Position numbers and translations under genes: made by a program
From: Geosiphon pyriformis uo1
Lineage: Eukaryota > Fungi > Glomeromycota
Direction: 5' to 3'
NCBI GenBank assembly: GCA_016748015.1
Contig: JAAOMT010000664.1
Location: forward strand, 1,245,518-1,309,517
DNA: 64,000 bases
Shown here: positions 21,966-36,659 of the stretch, in pieces
Layout of the letters: every line of letters starts with the position of its first letter
Position numbering within the stretch: the first letter of the stretch is position 1
The notes under the pieces: generated by a model
The model's input: only the letters and a program-made list of their open reading frames with translations
Told to the model about the DNA's origin: nothing
Databases searched by the model: none

Positions 21966-24900
21966 GTGGTGACTATTGGAACAATAGGAAAGGACCACTT
22001 CTTGTACGGAAAAGCACTATTTCAATACTTTCAAAAAGACCTAGGAATACCAGCAGAAACTGCTTATGCAGAAAGTGATTTTTGTAACTATATTAATGCA
22101 AAAATTGACTGCTTATTAGGCCGTGCAACTGATATAGGAAGACTTGAAGAACAAATCTATCAAAGCTTACTAGGGTACTCAACAGCCATAACTACCTGAA
22201 CAATTACTAAAACTCTGTGCATAATTAATACAGACATTAAATATTATGTGGCACAATGATTCCCTCAAGTATAACAACCAGTGGAATCCAACTCTGAGGA
22301 ATACGAAAATGAATCCAACAACTCCATAACTGCCCAAGCCAAGTTCACGGTCAACAAAAAACCAAGGGTTCTCTCCCCAAAAACTCTATCATACCATTAG
22401 ACACTCCAGAGTAGAATTGTATTCAACCCACCCCCGGAAACCCAGTCAGAAACACCACGAACTCCTGGAAATCCACACCCTTGGAATCAACACAGTTAGA
22501 CCAAATCACTAGGAGAATACAGATCACTGTTTGGAAATCTTACTCCAGCAGCCAGTCAAACAGAAGAAAACCCATCAACTTGGGAACAGCCATCAGCACA
22601 AAACCTAGCAGAATCAGCATCTTCCCTGACAAAAGAAACAGCTATCTTACAACTTATTGGTTCAAGCAACAAAGGAAAGCAACCAGCATTAGTATCTGGA
22701 GAACACTCGAATACGTGGACACCAATTTTTTTAAACATAACCAGTAACACCCCACCCATTAACCAGATCATAGCTTACTGGAATATCACTAAATTGGAAA
22801 AATTCTTTGGTGAAAAAAATAACGCATATTCTTGGATCGCGAACGCCGAGAAAGCAATTACTACTAACAGTTGAAACAACAACTGCACAATTCAGGCACT
22901 GCCATTCTTTTTGACTAGAACTGCCAATTTGTGATACCAGAGTCTTGCAGAAAAGCCTATCTCCTTTACCAAGTTTAAACTCGCATTTCTGCAATACTTC
23001 TGTGACCCCAATATGTTAATCCGATTGTAGAATCAATTCAGCATAATTAAACAAAAAGATCATGAAGCAGTAACCACTTATCTCGGACGATTCAATCAAA
23101 TCTTGCATCAAATATTAGCTATTAAAAGGGACTACTACACCACAGCACAAGTTTTTAATCAATTCATTAAAGGATTGCAGAGTGGTATTCTAAGATCTGT
23201 AAGACCCCGCTATCCAAACAGTTTACAAGACGCCATCGCTTTTGCTCACAATTTTGAGTCTGCAGAACAAGAAGCGAACCATATCCAAGCTGTTAATTTA
23301 GCCATTAATGGAACCTCTGACATCAATGCAAAAATAACCCAATTGAGTAAGAAACTAACTCAGAAAATTGAGAGATTCTTAACCAGAACTACAGGAACTT
23401 ACCAACCACTCCAACGGAGAGAAAATAACAACAACAGCAGATACCCACAGCAACAGAACTGTCAGCAACAGCAACAATCTTGGAGATCTGATCCCTGCAA
23501 CTGTTACTACTGCCAGAAATCTGGACACATTACTCATGACTGCAGAAGGAAGATCATAGACCAAAATCAAGGAAACCCATACCAGCAATCCAGATATTAG
23601 CAAAACATGATACCCCAATATTCTATACCTCAAAATCAACTGTCTCTATATGCACAACAAGTCCCATACACTCAACCACTGCCCTAGAATTATTATCAAC
23701 CACCACCAATGGCACAAGCAATCCCTTACTATCAAACTTCCCCTTACAGCCTGTCCAGATCTCGAGCTATAGACTATAATCAGGGATGGAAGAATCCCAA
23801 CAACAATCAGGTGCAAACCAACAGTGGACCGTCTCGACCAATCCCTCACAGTCCTGCCCAATCTCAACCAACACCAACTGGATACTCAAATCAAGCTTCC
23901 TATCTCAGTCTTACGGAAGACCAGAGTTTTGATAAATCTACACCTGTGGAAGGGAGGGATATAGAATAAATCTCCCAACCTTCCAAGCAAACAAAAAGCA
24001 ATATTCTACCAGCCACTATTACCAAAGACACCACCCTAGCCACCATATTTCCTTTTGACATCAATAATTTGAACACCCATAGTCTTTTTAGTAGAGCAGC
24101 TATCAATCAGAATAAACCAATAATGGCCCTATATACTGATACCAGAGTTGGAGAAATAGACATTAAATTAATCTTGGATAGTGGATTAGCCAGTAGCATA
24201 ATCACAGCTCATGGACCAACTAGGTCACCGAATAGACCATGCTGCTACCACCCAGATCATTACAGTAGATGGAAACACAAAAATCCCAATAGGAGAAATT
24301 GACAACTTCCCCTTCGAGATTAATGAAATCCAAATCCCTACCAAAGTACTTGTCATGGAAGCTACTTAATATTAAGCTCTAGTAGGAAACAACTGGTTGT
24401 CAAAAGCCAACACTACTCTTGACTGGAACACCTAAGAACTTCAACTTATATTCAACGGACAGCATGCCTGAGTTCCAGCTACATGCAGACATTTTAAAAC
24501 CCAATGTACCAAGGAACCCCTTATTGAATTCGAAGACACATCAATGCCACCAACCATCGAGACCTATCAGGTTTCATGGGCAGATAATTATCGAACTAAA
24601 TTACCTCTACCACCAATCTAAGAAGAAAAAAGAAAAGGCAAAGCCAAAGAAGAACCCCAATCATCATCACTAAGATATGTAACCTCAGACCAAAGAAACT
24701 TATTTTACCAACCCCCAAGACTAATATGTGTTGATTGTGGAAAAAAACTATCCACTATGGGCGTATGTATCGGGGACAACAAAAAATGGCCCACTGCCAC
24801 CAAATACTATTGCAGACCTTGTTTACTGGAAAGATTTGGACAACCAAAATGACAAGGCAAGTGAAACAACACACCATGCCTCACATGTGATGAAATCCTG

Positions 24901-27749
24901 CCAGATGAAGGACTCTGGAATGATGTGCCTGGCAGAAGAGAAACATGTGACGAGGCTTGTCAATACACCATATTAATCAACAATTGGATACGAAAGAGAA
25001 CCCTTATTGAGGACGCTTGGAAATGAGCACTCAATAGGCTGGATGGTTATCCACATGATGACCACGAAATCTGGAGAATAGTAAGTGCCAAAGCCGAAGA
25101 CGCCACGCCCGAAGAAATACGAGAAATCAAGGACAACCCTTGGACACCCAAATATAATGGACCCAACTACTCCAAGGATGATTTCTTCACAGATAACCCA
25201 GACACATTTCAGAACTAATATCAGGAATTGGCCCCGACTCATGAAGAACAGGAGCAAAAGTTGGCCGATTTGAATACCAAACTGTGTGATCACTGTTTGA
25301 TCCCCTGTCACTTCTAGTACTGTGACAAATGTGATCTCATGTTCAATCTACCTTCAAGAATACTGTTTCCAATCACCGAACTACCTGAGCCCGAAGAAGA
25401 GGTATTGATCACCGAGGACATGTCATTTCAAAATCCAACTAAGAATACTGAAACAGAACAGTATCTCACGTATTCCGACCTATCCAAAGAACTAGAGCTA
25501 AAATGGTACAGTGACAACGAGGAAGGAATCTGTCCCAAAAGAGCACATGACACCAATGCCAGTTTCGATCTACAATACCCCAGACAATCACCCATCATTA
25601 TAGCCCCACATTCCCTCGTAAAAATAGATCTTAAAATAGCATTAGAAATTTCTGTTAGTACAATAGTACAAGTTGCCTCTTGATCTAGTCTAGCCAAGAA
25701 AAAAATCGACATAAAGAAGAAATCATCAATGCCGGTTACACAGGAAACATCATCATAATGCTACAGAACAATTCAGACAGACTCTACAAAATAGAATCAC
25801 AAGAAAAGATTGCCCAAGCTATCTTCCTACCCCTAGTCAAAATACCCCAATTAACCCCAATAACAATCTGAGAAAAGTTAGGTTTCACTGCCTGAGGAAT
25901 CAACGGGTTTAGATCAAGTGGAAGAGGAAACATACCAGTTAATTTCACAGAAGAAGACAGTGACCAGGTAGAATTTATTAACATTGATACCATCATCTTT
26001 ATTCCCCCATACTGACAATACATCTTCAAGATGAATCGAAAGATCCAAAATCAAGCTCTGTTATTCAAAGCCAGTCCTGAAATCTGTTCCCTAGCCAATG
26101 TTGCTAATCTATACCTACTGGCCAAAGCCTATAAACACTTCAAAATCCCTATCTACAACCCAACAGAAGATGTCATTGAAATTCCCAAAGGGACCCTTAT
26201 CAGTTCCATATCCGCAGATATTCAGAATCCTGAAAAACTCCAGTTTATTCCAGATTTCACACAATTATTCTTATTCTGTAACATTACCTCACAAGTATGG
26301 AATTTGCCAAAAGAAAGTTACTTGTTCACACCAGAAGAGATCAATAAATTGAATTTAGGAAATTTAAGTACCTTGCAACAAATGCAATTCAAAGTCCTTC
26401 TGAATCAATATGCTGATGTCTTTGCCAGTGAAAATGAGTTTGGATGCACCAACATCATGAAGCATCAGATTGATACGGGAGATGCTTGACCAATTAAGCA
26501 ACAAGCTTACCACGTACTCCCATCTGGTGATAACCTAATTAAGTAAAAAGTGCAATGGATGCTTGATAATGGCCTAATCAAAGAATTATTAAGCCCTTGG
26601 TCTTTGCCAGTAGTCTTGGTCACCAAGAAAAATAGAAAAGTGCAATTCTGCATAGATTATCGAAAACTAAATAGCGTCACGCGAGGAGATAGTTATCTCA
26701 CTTTTCTTATCTAGGAAATTTTAGACAATCTAGGAAAAAAGAAATGGTTCTCGTCATTAGATTTAGCAAGTGGTTACTGGCAAGTTGAAATGGACCTCAA
26801 AGACAAAGAAAAAACAGCATTTACCACTTGAGATGGAAACTTTGAGTTTAACGTAATGCCTTTTGGACTTTGTAATGCTTCTTCCACGTTTTAAGACTTG
26901 ATGGATGTAGTATACAAAAGAATCCTTTGGAAATCAGTAGTAGTTTATCTAGACAACACAAACGTGTTCTTCAAAACATTCAAAGACCATCTGCTCCACC
27001 TCCAACAAATCTTCGAATGCCTTTATAGTGCCAGATTGAAACTCAATCCCGAGAAGTGCTTCTTTGGAAAAACTGAGTTAAAATTCCTAGGACATGTAAT
27101 CAGCAAGGATGGAGTTAAACTCAATCCAGATAAAATACAAAAAGTCAAGGATTTTTCAGCCCCAATCAACCTCAGAGAATTACAAAGATTTCTAGGATTG
27201 GCAGGATATTATCGTCGATTTATCAAAGATTTCTCGAACATTGCAAAACCACTCCATTAATTGTTGTCCAAATACATATCGTACTTGTAGAAGAAAGATT
27301 AACAGAAAGCATTCAACTATCTTAAGCAGCAATTGATCACATCCCCAATTCTGATTTACCCAGATTTCACTAAACAGTTCATTGTCGCTATGGACACCTC
27401 AAAAAATGCTCTAGAAACAGTCTTATCACAGATAGAACCGGACAATAGAGAACACCCAGTTGTCTACACTAGTCGCAGCACTAGCCCAGCAGAAAAGAAT
27501 TACAGCACAATAGATCTGGAATGTCTCGCCATTTATTGGGCCATACAGACTTGGAAACATTACCTCAGTCAACTATTTGACCTATATACTGATTACAAAG
27601 GACTTATTTGGTTACTCAACAATCCACAACTAGAAAGAAAATATGTGAAATGGAGTATTTATCTGCAACAATTCCCATTAAAAGTCCATTACAAAGAAAG
27701 ATCCAAGAACACCAATGCCTACAGTTTGTCGAAGATGCCACAAACCTAA
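21966..27749 (+). pseudogene. D gag-pol with Cys-rich module and dUTPase
   Basis: CYYCQKSGHITHDC; LILDSGL; Cys clusters 24715-25335; dUTPase motifs; VVYLDN; RNase H ending NAYSLSKMPQT*. Confidence 0.9.
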
Positions 27750-27759
27750 TCCTAGACTC

Positions 27760-29127
27760 ATGGACACACTTACTTATCAATGACTACATCAGTACCTATT
27801 GACACTATGTTTCAAGAAGAGATTATCTCAACAGGAACAGAGTACTATACGAAAACAAGCCCGAAATTATTTTATTCAAGACAACCAACTATATCAACAA
27901 GAATGCCGAAACCACCCCAACCCACAATGACTAATTAAAGACAGTGAAAGAGAAACTATACTATATAGCGTACACTCAGATCTGACTGCAGAACACTTTA
28001 ACAAAGATGCTACCCTCGAAAGAACACTAAACTTATACTATTGGCCAACAATGTACAAAGACATTTTCGAATACGTGCTCAATTGTGACACATGCCAATA
28101 AAAAGGAGGAGCAAAATCAACAGAACCACTTTGACCCATTCCAGTTGGAAATCCATTTGATAGAATCGGGATCAATTTGGTTGGACCTCTTTTAATTACA
28201 TCCCAAAAAAATCACTATATTGCTGTAGCCATAGACTATCTTACAAAATGGTCAAAAGCCAGAGCAATCCAAGTGGCTGATGCCAAAACAGTTGCCGAAT
28301 TTGTGCATCAAGACCTAATTTGCCGACATGGATGTTCAAAAGAATTATTATCTGATCAGAGAACACACTTCATTAATAATACACTGACTAAACTAAGCCA
28401 ATAATTTAGAATAAAGAGACCCTTATTGTCACCATATCACTCACAAACAAATGGACTGGTAGAATGATTTAACAGAACACTGTGCAAAGCACTAGCAAAA
28501 ATAAGTCATGAAAACAGACAAGAATAGGACTTATTTATACTTTCTGTACTCTTTGTATACCAAACATTAAAACAAAATATGACTCAGTTCACACTGTTTG
28601 AACTAGTCTATAGAAGAAAAGCTATGTTACTAATTAAACAAGTGATACCATCATATCCAACAGAAACAATCAATGAAGAAAATTTTGAGACTACCTTACA
28701 CCAAAGAATGTACCAGCTAATGGAAATGTTGGAAAACAATCGAAGAACAGCAGTTGACAATATTAGTCATGCTCAAGAACAACAAAAAGAAAGACATGAT
28801 AAACACTTATCAAAACAACCAATGAAATTCAAGATTAAAGACCAAGTACTGTTACATCGTATAAAAGCTGAGAAACAGTGGAGTAAAAAGTTCGACCCAA
28901 AGTGGGACGGTCCATTCCACATACACAAAACATTAGGAAATAGAGCTTACAAATTACAATTGAAAGACAGGATTTTAAAGAAAGTAGTGCATGGAAATTG
29001 GTTAAAAATTTATCATGTAAAATAGAAATCATTGTCATCAGTATCTCAACTAGGAACACAAATTTCATTAATCAAACCAGAAGATATACCATGAGATCTG
29101 GAACCAATCATCATCATCGAAATGTAG
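27760..29127 (+). pseudogene. D integrase (separate ORF)
   Basis: ATG 27760; zinc finger; GINLVGPL; WDGPF; tail LEPIIIIE. Confidence 0.9.
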
Positions 29128-29207
29128 ACAACAGGCAGCAAATTAAATTGGAGAATTCAAATATATATAGCATCCAAAAAGCAGCAAGAAATGATAGAAA
29201 TTTCAAC

Positions 29208-29942
29208 ATGGACCTTTCAAATCAAATTTTAAAATTATCTAAACAATTATTTGAAACAATTCAAAAATCGACATCTCAAATAGAAATAACAATTAATAAA
29301 AAAAAGATATGATACAAAGATAAGAGCAGGAGAGGAGAAGACAAGAGTTCAATTAGAACTAAATGTTTCCTCCCCTACTCACCACTCGAAAGACAATGTT
29401 GGAAAAAAAATTGTTTTTAGGTGGAAGGTGGAAAAGAAGGAGGCAAAGAACAAAAAAAAGATTACAAAAGAAGATACTTGGTCCCCGAGCTTGAAGAAAT
29501 AAAAGAAGCTTTAGCTCATTGGACTGAACTCTCCAAAACAGAGGAGTGGACACCTGACAATGCCCAGAAATAGAAAAAAAGACTTCCTCTAGCATATTGG
29601 TTCTACAAAATTGGAGAACAGCTTAACTTGAAAACACCATATGAAGACCTCAGCCAGAAAACATTCAATAAAGAAGCAATACAACAAGTAGAAAAATTCA
29701 TAGGGAAAAACAACCTGACCCTACATTACAAAGCAGCATACCAACTATACACCGCCTTCCAACATTGTCCAAACATACTAATGAATGAATCTATAAAAAC
29801 CATAATGGTTAACAACATAGGACGAATAACCAATCAACAGTTCAAAGACCTATAAAAGGCAATACTTGAGACAACAATCGAACATTACACAAACAAGGCC
29901 ACGATAACAGATACATATGGTTTCGCAGGAACTCAATTTTAA
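29208..29942 (+). pseudogene. D extra 3' ORF
   Basis: PLAYWFYKIGEQL...YKAAYQLYTAFQHCPNIL...IGRITNQQF...FAGTQF*; stop abuts PPT. Confidence 0.7.
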
Positions 29943-29956
29943 AAAGAGAGGGATAA

Positions 29957-30551
29957 TGTTATCCGAGTAGAAAAACCGATCCAAAGTTATGAAGAAATGT
30001 AACCAAAACGTGACATAACACAGAATAATGTGCAATAATGTTGGATAATGCGTTATAATGTAGAATAACATGTTATAATACAGAATAACACAAAATAATA
30101 TGTAATAATATCAGATAATGTGTTATAACATAGGATAACTAGCAATAACGTAGAAAAATAAAGCAATACCAGAAACAACAAAGCAATAGCTAGCGATAGT
30201 GAGACAATTGAAAGCAATTCTGTAAAACCAAAAGAATATATAAAAGCAAGTAGTTATAGAAGTGAGAAAAGACAGACAGATAGATACAAATCTCTAAACC
30301 AGAATTAAAATATCTATACCCTTTCATTCTTTATTATCTTCTCTATTTTATCTCCTGAAATAAACCAATTATTAAAGAAATCAGAATCATGAATTCATGT
30401 TCTCAAACTTCATAGAATTTATGTGAATTAACCCTTGTCTCATACCTCCATTTTAGAACAGATGCTTTTAGCATAACCGCCTCAAACCTATTAACAATTT
30501 GGACCAATCACTCTTGATCACGGCGATTGACAATACTAATTTATCTTTTCT

Positions 30552-30605
<54 letters not shown>

Positions 30606-31091
30606 TTTCATTTTNNNNNNNNNNNNNNNNNNNNTTGATGATACTAATTTATTTTTTCTTTTTTTTTTTTTTTTTTTTTTTTTTTTCTTTTTCTGTCTTA
30701 TTTTTGTGGAGTGGCAACATAGTAAAATTGACTGTTTGGAAATAGACTTTGTAATAGCCTGGTAAAAGAGGGAAGCTCCCCCTAAGTTTTGGATATTAAT
30801 ATTATCTTGTTAGCTTACCAAAAGGGTGAAAAGACAATGCCAGACTCTAATGACTGTGCTCGTTAGCTTGGAGAAAAAAGTTCACATTTACAAAAAATGT
30901 TGCAATTGACGAAAGACAAACTCTGTGCCTTATAACCAAAGAATTCAATGGGTCAAATTCACATTCAGAAATAGACTTTCAGAGACTGATAATCAAGATT
31001 AAGCCAACAGAATTACGTGGAAGATGCATCATCAATAATTGAGAATGCCAAATGTTACCATTTCTCATACCCACCAAGTTTACCTGTAACA
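29957..31091 (+). repeat. 3' LTR of D
   Basis: TGTTAT...GTAACA; matches the two halves of the interrupted 5' LTR; contains a long poly(T). Confidence 0.93.
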
Positions 31092-34000
31092 CCATCAGCA
31101 TTTCCGTTGTCTTTTCTCTTTTTATAATGTATAGTATAAGTATATGGTGCTAGTGCCATTTTCTATCTTAATTGTCTTTCATCTCCAAATTTTTGTTTAT
31201 GAAGTGCTGTTAATTCTTTGTGGTCTGTGTATACATCAAACTTCTGGCTCAAGTATTCACTCTATTTTATGACTGCCCAATAAATTGCTAAATGTTTTAA
31301 TTCTGATGTTCCATAATTTTTTTCAGCTGGAGTTAAATCTCAGCTGGCATATGTGACTGGATGTTCTTTTCCATCCAGTCTTCTCTGTAATAGTACTGCT
31401 TCCAATGCTTGGCCTAATACATTAGTGGTAATGATGAATGGTTTATTGTAATCTGAATAGATCAGTACTAGAGCTTGTATAAGCTTTCTTCTTAGAATAT
31501 CAAAAGCTTTTTGTTGTGTTTCTGTCCATTTGTATTTCATATTCTTGGTTTGGAGATGATTGAGTGGTTGGGCTATCTTGGAAAAGTTTTTTATGAAGCA
31601 TTGATAATAGCCTACGAATTCCAAGAATAACTTTAACTCTGTCACATTGGTTAGTATTGGAAAGTTCTTGACTATTTTTATCTTTTCTGAATCTGTTTTA
31701 ATGCTGTCTTTGCTTACTATGTGCCTTAAAAAGTTTAATTTTGTCTTGCCAAAGAAACACTTATTGGCATTTAACTTTAGCCCTGCTTGTCATAGTCTTT
31801 CAAACACTTGTTGTAGATGATGCAAATAATCATCGAATGTTTTGGAGAACACATTGGTGTCATCTAAATAAATAACTACTGATTTCCACAATAAGCCAGT
31901 ATATACTATTTCTATTAGCCACTGGAATGTGGCTGGAGCATTTATTAAGCCGAATGGCATCACTTCGAATTCAAAATTTCTCTCTTGTGTTGTGAATGCA
32001 GTTTTTTTTTTGTCCACTGGATCCATGACTACTTGTCAGTAACCACTATCTAAATCCAATGTTGAGAACCATTTGTTTCCACCAAAAGCATTGAATAATT
32101 CCTGAATCCATGGAGTTAGATAGCTGTCTTCATGTGTGACTCTATTAAGCTTTCTGTAGTCTACACAAAAGTGGATTTTCTCATTCTTTTTTTGGATGAG
32201 TACTACTGGTAATGACCATGGACTCATTGATGGCTGAATTAACTTATTGTTAAGCATTTGGTTGATTTCTTGACAAATGATCTTATGGCTGATGGGTGGT
32301 ACTCTGTATGCTCATTGTTTTATTGGCATAGTATCTTCAGTTTTGATCTGGTACTAGATGATATCAGTTCTACTGAATTTATTCTCACTGGTAAAGATGT
32401 TATTGAACTTGTTAAGCAATATTTTCAGCCATATACATTAGAGTGGGTTTAGATTCCCTATGTTCATTTGTTCCAATTGTTCTGGTTGGAGCAAATAACA
32501 TTCATTTTGTCCATATATTGTTTGTAATGTGATGTTAACATATCCACAAAGCTATGGAAAGTCTGGAATAGGGTTTGGTAGTTGGTCTTTTATTTCAGTA
32601 GTTAAATGTCTTATGATAGTTCCTTCTAGTATCTCTATAACTTTTCTGGTGTTGTTGTAAATGGGAATTTTGATGGGGCTATAGTTCCTGACTGGTATGT
32701 GGAGATTGATAAGTCCAATTTCTCTTAATTCATAATGTGCTGCTTCTGCTTCAAAAATCTGGTTCTGATCCTTCACTTTTTTTTCTATGACTATCATATA
32801 CTGGTTATATGATGGAATGGAAATTGGTTGACCAGTGGAGATAATTTCTCCCTTGTCAATAATCTCTTCTTTCACTATATTAACTGGTATATCTACTCTA
32901 TTTGTTGATCCAGATTCCTGTATCCCTCTAGCTGTGATCCCTAATTTTTTTCTGTTTTCCATTAACACTAACTGAGTTATTTTGACCAGAAACAGAAATA
33001 TTGTCTGTGCTATTTTTTTATTTAACTCTATTACATAGGCCTTTTCTGAATTGTTTTGTAATATAGCAATGATATTTCTCACATATCCTATGTCAATTAT
33101 TCCTCCTCTAATGTTGATTTTTTTTTTTGCTAAACTACTCCTAGATGCTAGTTGAACCATTGTGGTTACTAGAATTTCCAGTGCTATTTTCAGATAAATG
33201 CAAGTGTGCAAATGTGGTTCTAATTTGATGGCATTTTTTCCAGGATATCTTAGATCAAACTCTGTATCAGTATCATGTACATGCTCTGGCATGATATCTT
33301 CATTATTGTCACTGCACCACTTTAGTTCTTGCTTCTTGGTGAGGTCAGGGAGCACTATAAATATTTTGGAGTTTGGATCTGAGTCCAAATCGCTGTTATC
33401 TTTGTTGTCATATTGAATGAAGCTGGAACTGGTGTTTTTATTGTCATTGTTGTCAGAGTTTGAATCAGGATTGAAAATTGATTCCAATTCTGATGTGCAG
33501 CTGCTGATTGGTTTGATTTCCTCTGGGATTATGTAGATTATTTGTGGTGGTGGATTGTAGATGAGGTCACACTCATTACAATATTAAAAGTCATATGGGA
33601 TCAAACAATGGTCACATAGTCAAGTGTTTAGCTGTGCTAGCCACTGTTTTTGCTCCTCTCTTGTTGATGCTAATCTCTGGTAGTGCTTATGGAATTCCTC
33701 AGGATCATCTTCAACATCGCCAAAGACATCAAATATTTGGATGTACTCAGGTTCAGATAGTGACAGAGGGTTGTTTTTTATTTCCAGTAGTTTGCTGATT
33801 GTCATATCTTCTGCTTTTGTACTTGTCATTCTTTAGAGTTCAATCTCATCATGTGGGTATCCTTCCAATTGTCACAATGCTCATTTCCAGGCATCGTCAA
33901 TTGGTGTTCTCTTGTGTACTCAGTCATTGATTAGAATCATATACTGGCAGGTTTTATCGCATGTTCCTCCATCAGGAATGTCATTCCACATTCCTTCATC

Positions 34001-36650
34001 CAGAAGAGTCTCTTCACAAGCTAAACATGGGGTATTATCCCATTTTTCCACTTGTTTTGGTCATCTAAAACGTTCTAGAATGCATGCTCGACAGTAGAAT
34101 TTGGTCACTGTTGAGTATTCTTTGTCGTTGCCACAGCATGCTCCTATTAATGACAATTTCTTATCACAATTGATGCATATAAGCTTTGGTTGACAATAAT
34201 TAGCAGGTTGTGATAGTGTATATTTATGAGGGGTATAATTGTTGATTGGTAGTAACTCTTTTTCCTTCACTTTTTCTTTTCTTTTGTTGTTCTTTTCCCA
34301 TTCTCAGCTTGGTGTTGGTTCGCTCTTGTAATTGTCAGTCCAGTTCAGGTTATTAGTTTCCTAGGTAAGTTTTTCTCTTTGCTTTCCTTTGGTGTTGTCA
34401 TCTCATGAGAGTATTGGTGACAGTTCATTATGGTCATCATTAGCCTATGAGACTTGATAGGCTTCCCAGGTAGGTTTTTCCTCTTCTTTCTCAAACTTGA
34501 TGAATGGTGCTGGTGTGTTGATGGTTTTGAAGTGGCCACACATAACTGGTATATGTATATGTTAGCTATTTTGGCTGAGTTGAAGCTCTTGCATTGTTCA
34601 ATCAAGGATGGCATTTGTCTTAGTGAGCCAGTCATTACCAACTAGTGCTTGGTATTGAGTGGCTTCCATTACCAGAATTTTGATAGGGACTATAATGCCA
34701 TTGACTTTAAAAGAAAAGTCATCAATCTCACCAATAGAAGTTTTGGTTGCTCCATTGGCTGTGATGATCCTTGTACTGGCAGCTCTATTAACTTGGTAAC
34801 CTAATTGATCCATGAGTTGTTTGGTGATAATGCTGCCAGCTGATCCACTATTCAAAATCAGTTTGATATACTAACCATCAACTTTGGCATCAGTATACAT
34901 CACGGTTATTAGTTTGGTGTCCAGAGTGGCTCCACTGAACAATGGAACTGATGTAATTTCTTCAAGTTCAAATGGAAATATGGCAGCAAGTGATTCATCT
35001 TCGGTGCTGGCGGCTGGTGAAATGTTGCAAGTAAGTGGCTTCTGGTTGGTTTCCTGTTTGCTGGATGCTGCATTTTCTGGGGTAATTAGAAGACTTAAGT
35101 AGTTCTGAAAACTCAGGTTTTGGTTATATCCAGTTTCTGAATTTTACTGGCATAATCTTGATGGTTGATTTGTTGAACTGGAGATCAGTTGGTAAACTAC
35201 TATCGCTGATTCAGTTTTGGATTACTCTGAATTTGGAGTTTCCAAATGTTATCATAGTTGGGTTTTGTGGTGGTGTTTGAATTGATTGTTATGGTTGATA
35301 GACTATTTGTAGCTGCAGTTGATATATTACGAGTGGCTGCAGTTGATATATTTAAGATTGATATACTAGTGTTTGATAGATTGGCAGCAGCATTATTGGC
35401 AGATAAGTAGATTGATATTGATTTTGATTTAAGTAATAATTCAGAGTTGGGAACTGGTGATTAGGATTCCAATATTGATTTTCCGATCATGAATTACTAT
35501 AAGCACAGCAATCAGCTCTAAGGTGACTTTGTTTACCACAGTTGTGGCAAATTCATGTTTTTTGTTGCCATGGCTGATTTGTTGATGATGATGAACACGA
35601 CTGATTTTGGAAACAATTCACGTTTCCCTGATTATTATATCATTGAGGAGGCTGATAAATTGGGCAATTGTTAGTTAAGTATCTCTCTAATTTCTGATTA
35701 ATGGAATCACTAAATTGTTTCAGTTTAGAATCTAAGTCAGATAATTCATTCATTACTAAATTCACAGCTTGGGCGTGGTTGGCTTCTAACTTAGCAGCTT
35801 CAAAATTTTTAACATGAGTGACTACAGTAGGAAGGTCTACTGAATACATTGGATGTACTTGTTAGAGTATGCTGCTGCGTAAGCCTCTGATGAACTGATT
35901 TAAAATTTGTAACACTATAAAGTAATCAGCTTGAATAGCTTGGATTTGGCGCAGATTTCTGTAGAAGCATTCCAAGTAGGTGGTGACTGCTTTTGTGTCC
36001 CCTTATTTTAGGGTGGTGAAAATACTTGTCAGATGGTTGATGCTATTATTATCACTGAAATATCTTAGGAATTCTGTTTTAAATGCATTAAAATTTTGGA
36101 GTTTCTGGACCAAGCTATGATATTATGAGTTGGTGGTATTCTTTAGGAAATATGAGATGACTTGTATTGTTTTTGTGTCATCCCAATTGTTTGCAGTAAT
36201 GGTTTTGGCAATATTATTAATCCATGTCTGGGCATCATTCTTTTCACTGATGAACTTCTCAAGTTTTGTGATTGGTGCAAAAGCCATTGGCACAATTGGT
36301 TGCTGTTGTTGTATTGGTGATTGAAGTGGTTGTTACAGTTGCTGAACTGGTTGCTGGATAAGTTGCTGTAGTGATGGCTGTTAAAGGGGTATTTGCTGCT
36401 GTTGAATCAGTTCAATAATTAGTTCAATTGGTGGCTGATTAATGACAATATTTGGAGGTAAGTTTTGTTGATTAATTAAGTCGGGATTTTGGTCATTCTG
36501 ATTTGGTGGAGTTTCAATTTCTGGATTTTCTAGATTTTGATCTTGCTAAGTCTGAAAATTCGGGGTTTTTATATCTAGGTTCTTAGTAATTGGGTTCTGG
36601 TAAGTGAATTCTTGATCTTCAGATTCTTTTTCCTTTTCTTTTTCTTGTTT
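31092..36650 (-). pseudogene. B gag-pol (Gag, CCHC, PR, Cys module, dUTPase, RT, RNase H)
   Basis: (D>N)SGSAGS protease; CINCDKKL..FYCRAC; SRSSL..GGIIDIGY..KIAQ; VVIYLDD; RNase H. Confidence 0.9.
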
Positions 36651-36659
36651 TTTTTCCAG

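Larger units (their letters stand above)
13615..31091 (+). mobile_element. Full-length Ty3/Gypsy LTR retrotransposon D (contains C in its 5' LTR)
   Basis: 5' LTR 13615-13761 plus 20958-21903; 3' LTR 29957-31091; PBS 21906; flanks CTGT/CCAT consistent with an ancestral CCGT TSD. Confidence 0.9.
681..36650 (-). mobile_element. Ty3/Gypsy LTR retrotransposon B (host of A and D; 5' LTR missing)
   Basis: Pieces 681-1967, 11855-13614 and 31092-36650 rejoin into 3'LTR-PPT-3'ORF-IN-RH-RT-dUTPase-Cys module-PR-gag once A and D are removed. The RNase H end NADG|LSRIRQ-like motif is split exactly at the D insertion. Confidence 0.85.

Noticed and set aside
30499-30765. Poly-Phe ORFs and doubled poly(T) block
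   Set aside because: LTR homopolymer; the duplication flanks a 20-N gap and is absent from the 5' LTR, so likely an assembly artefact.
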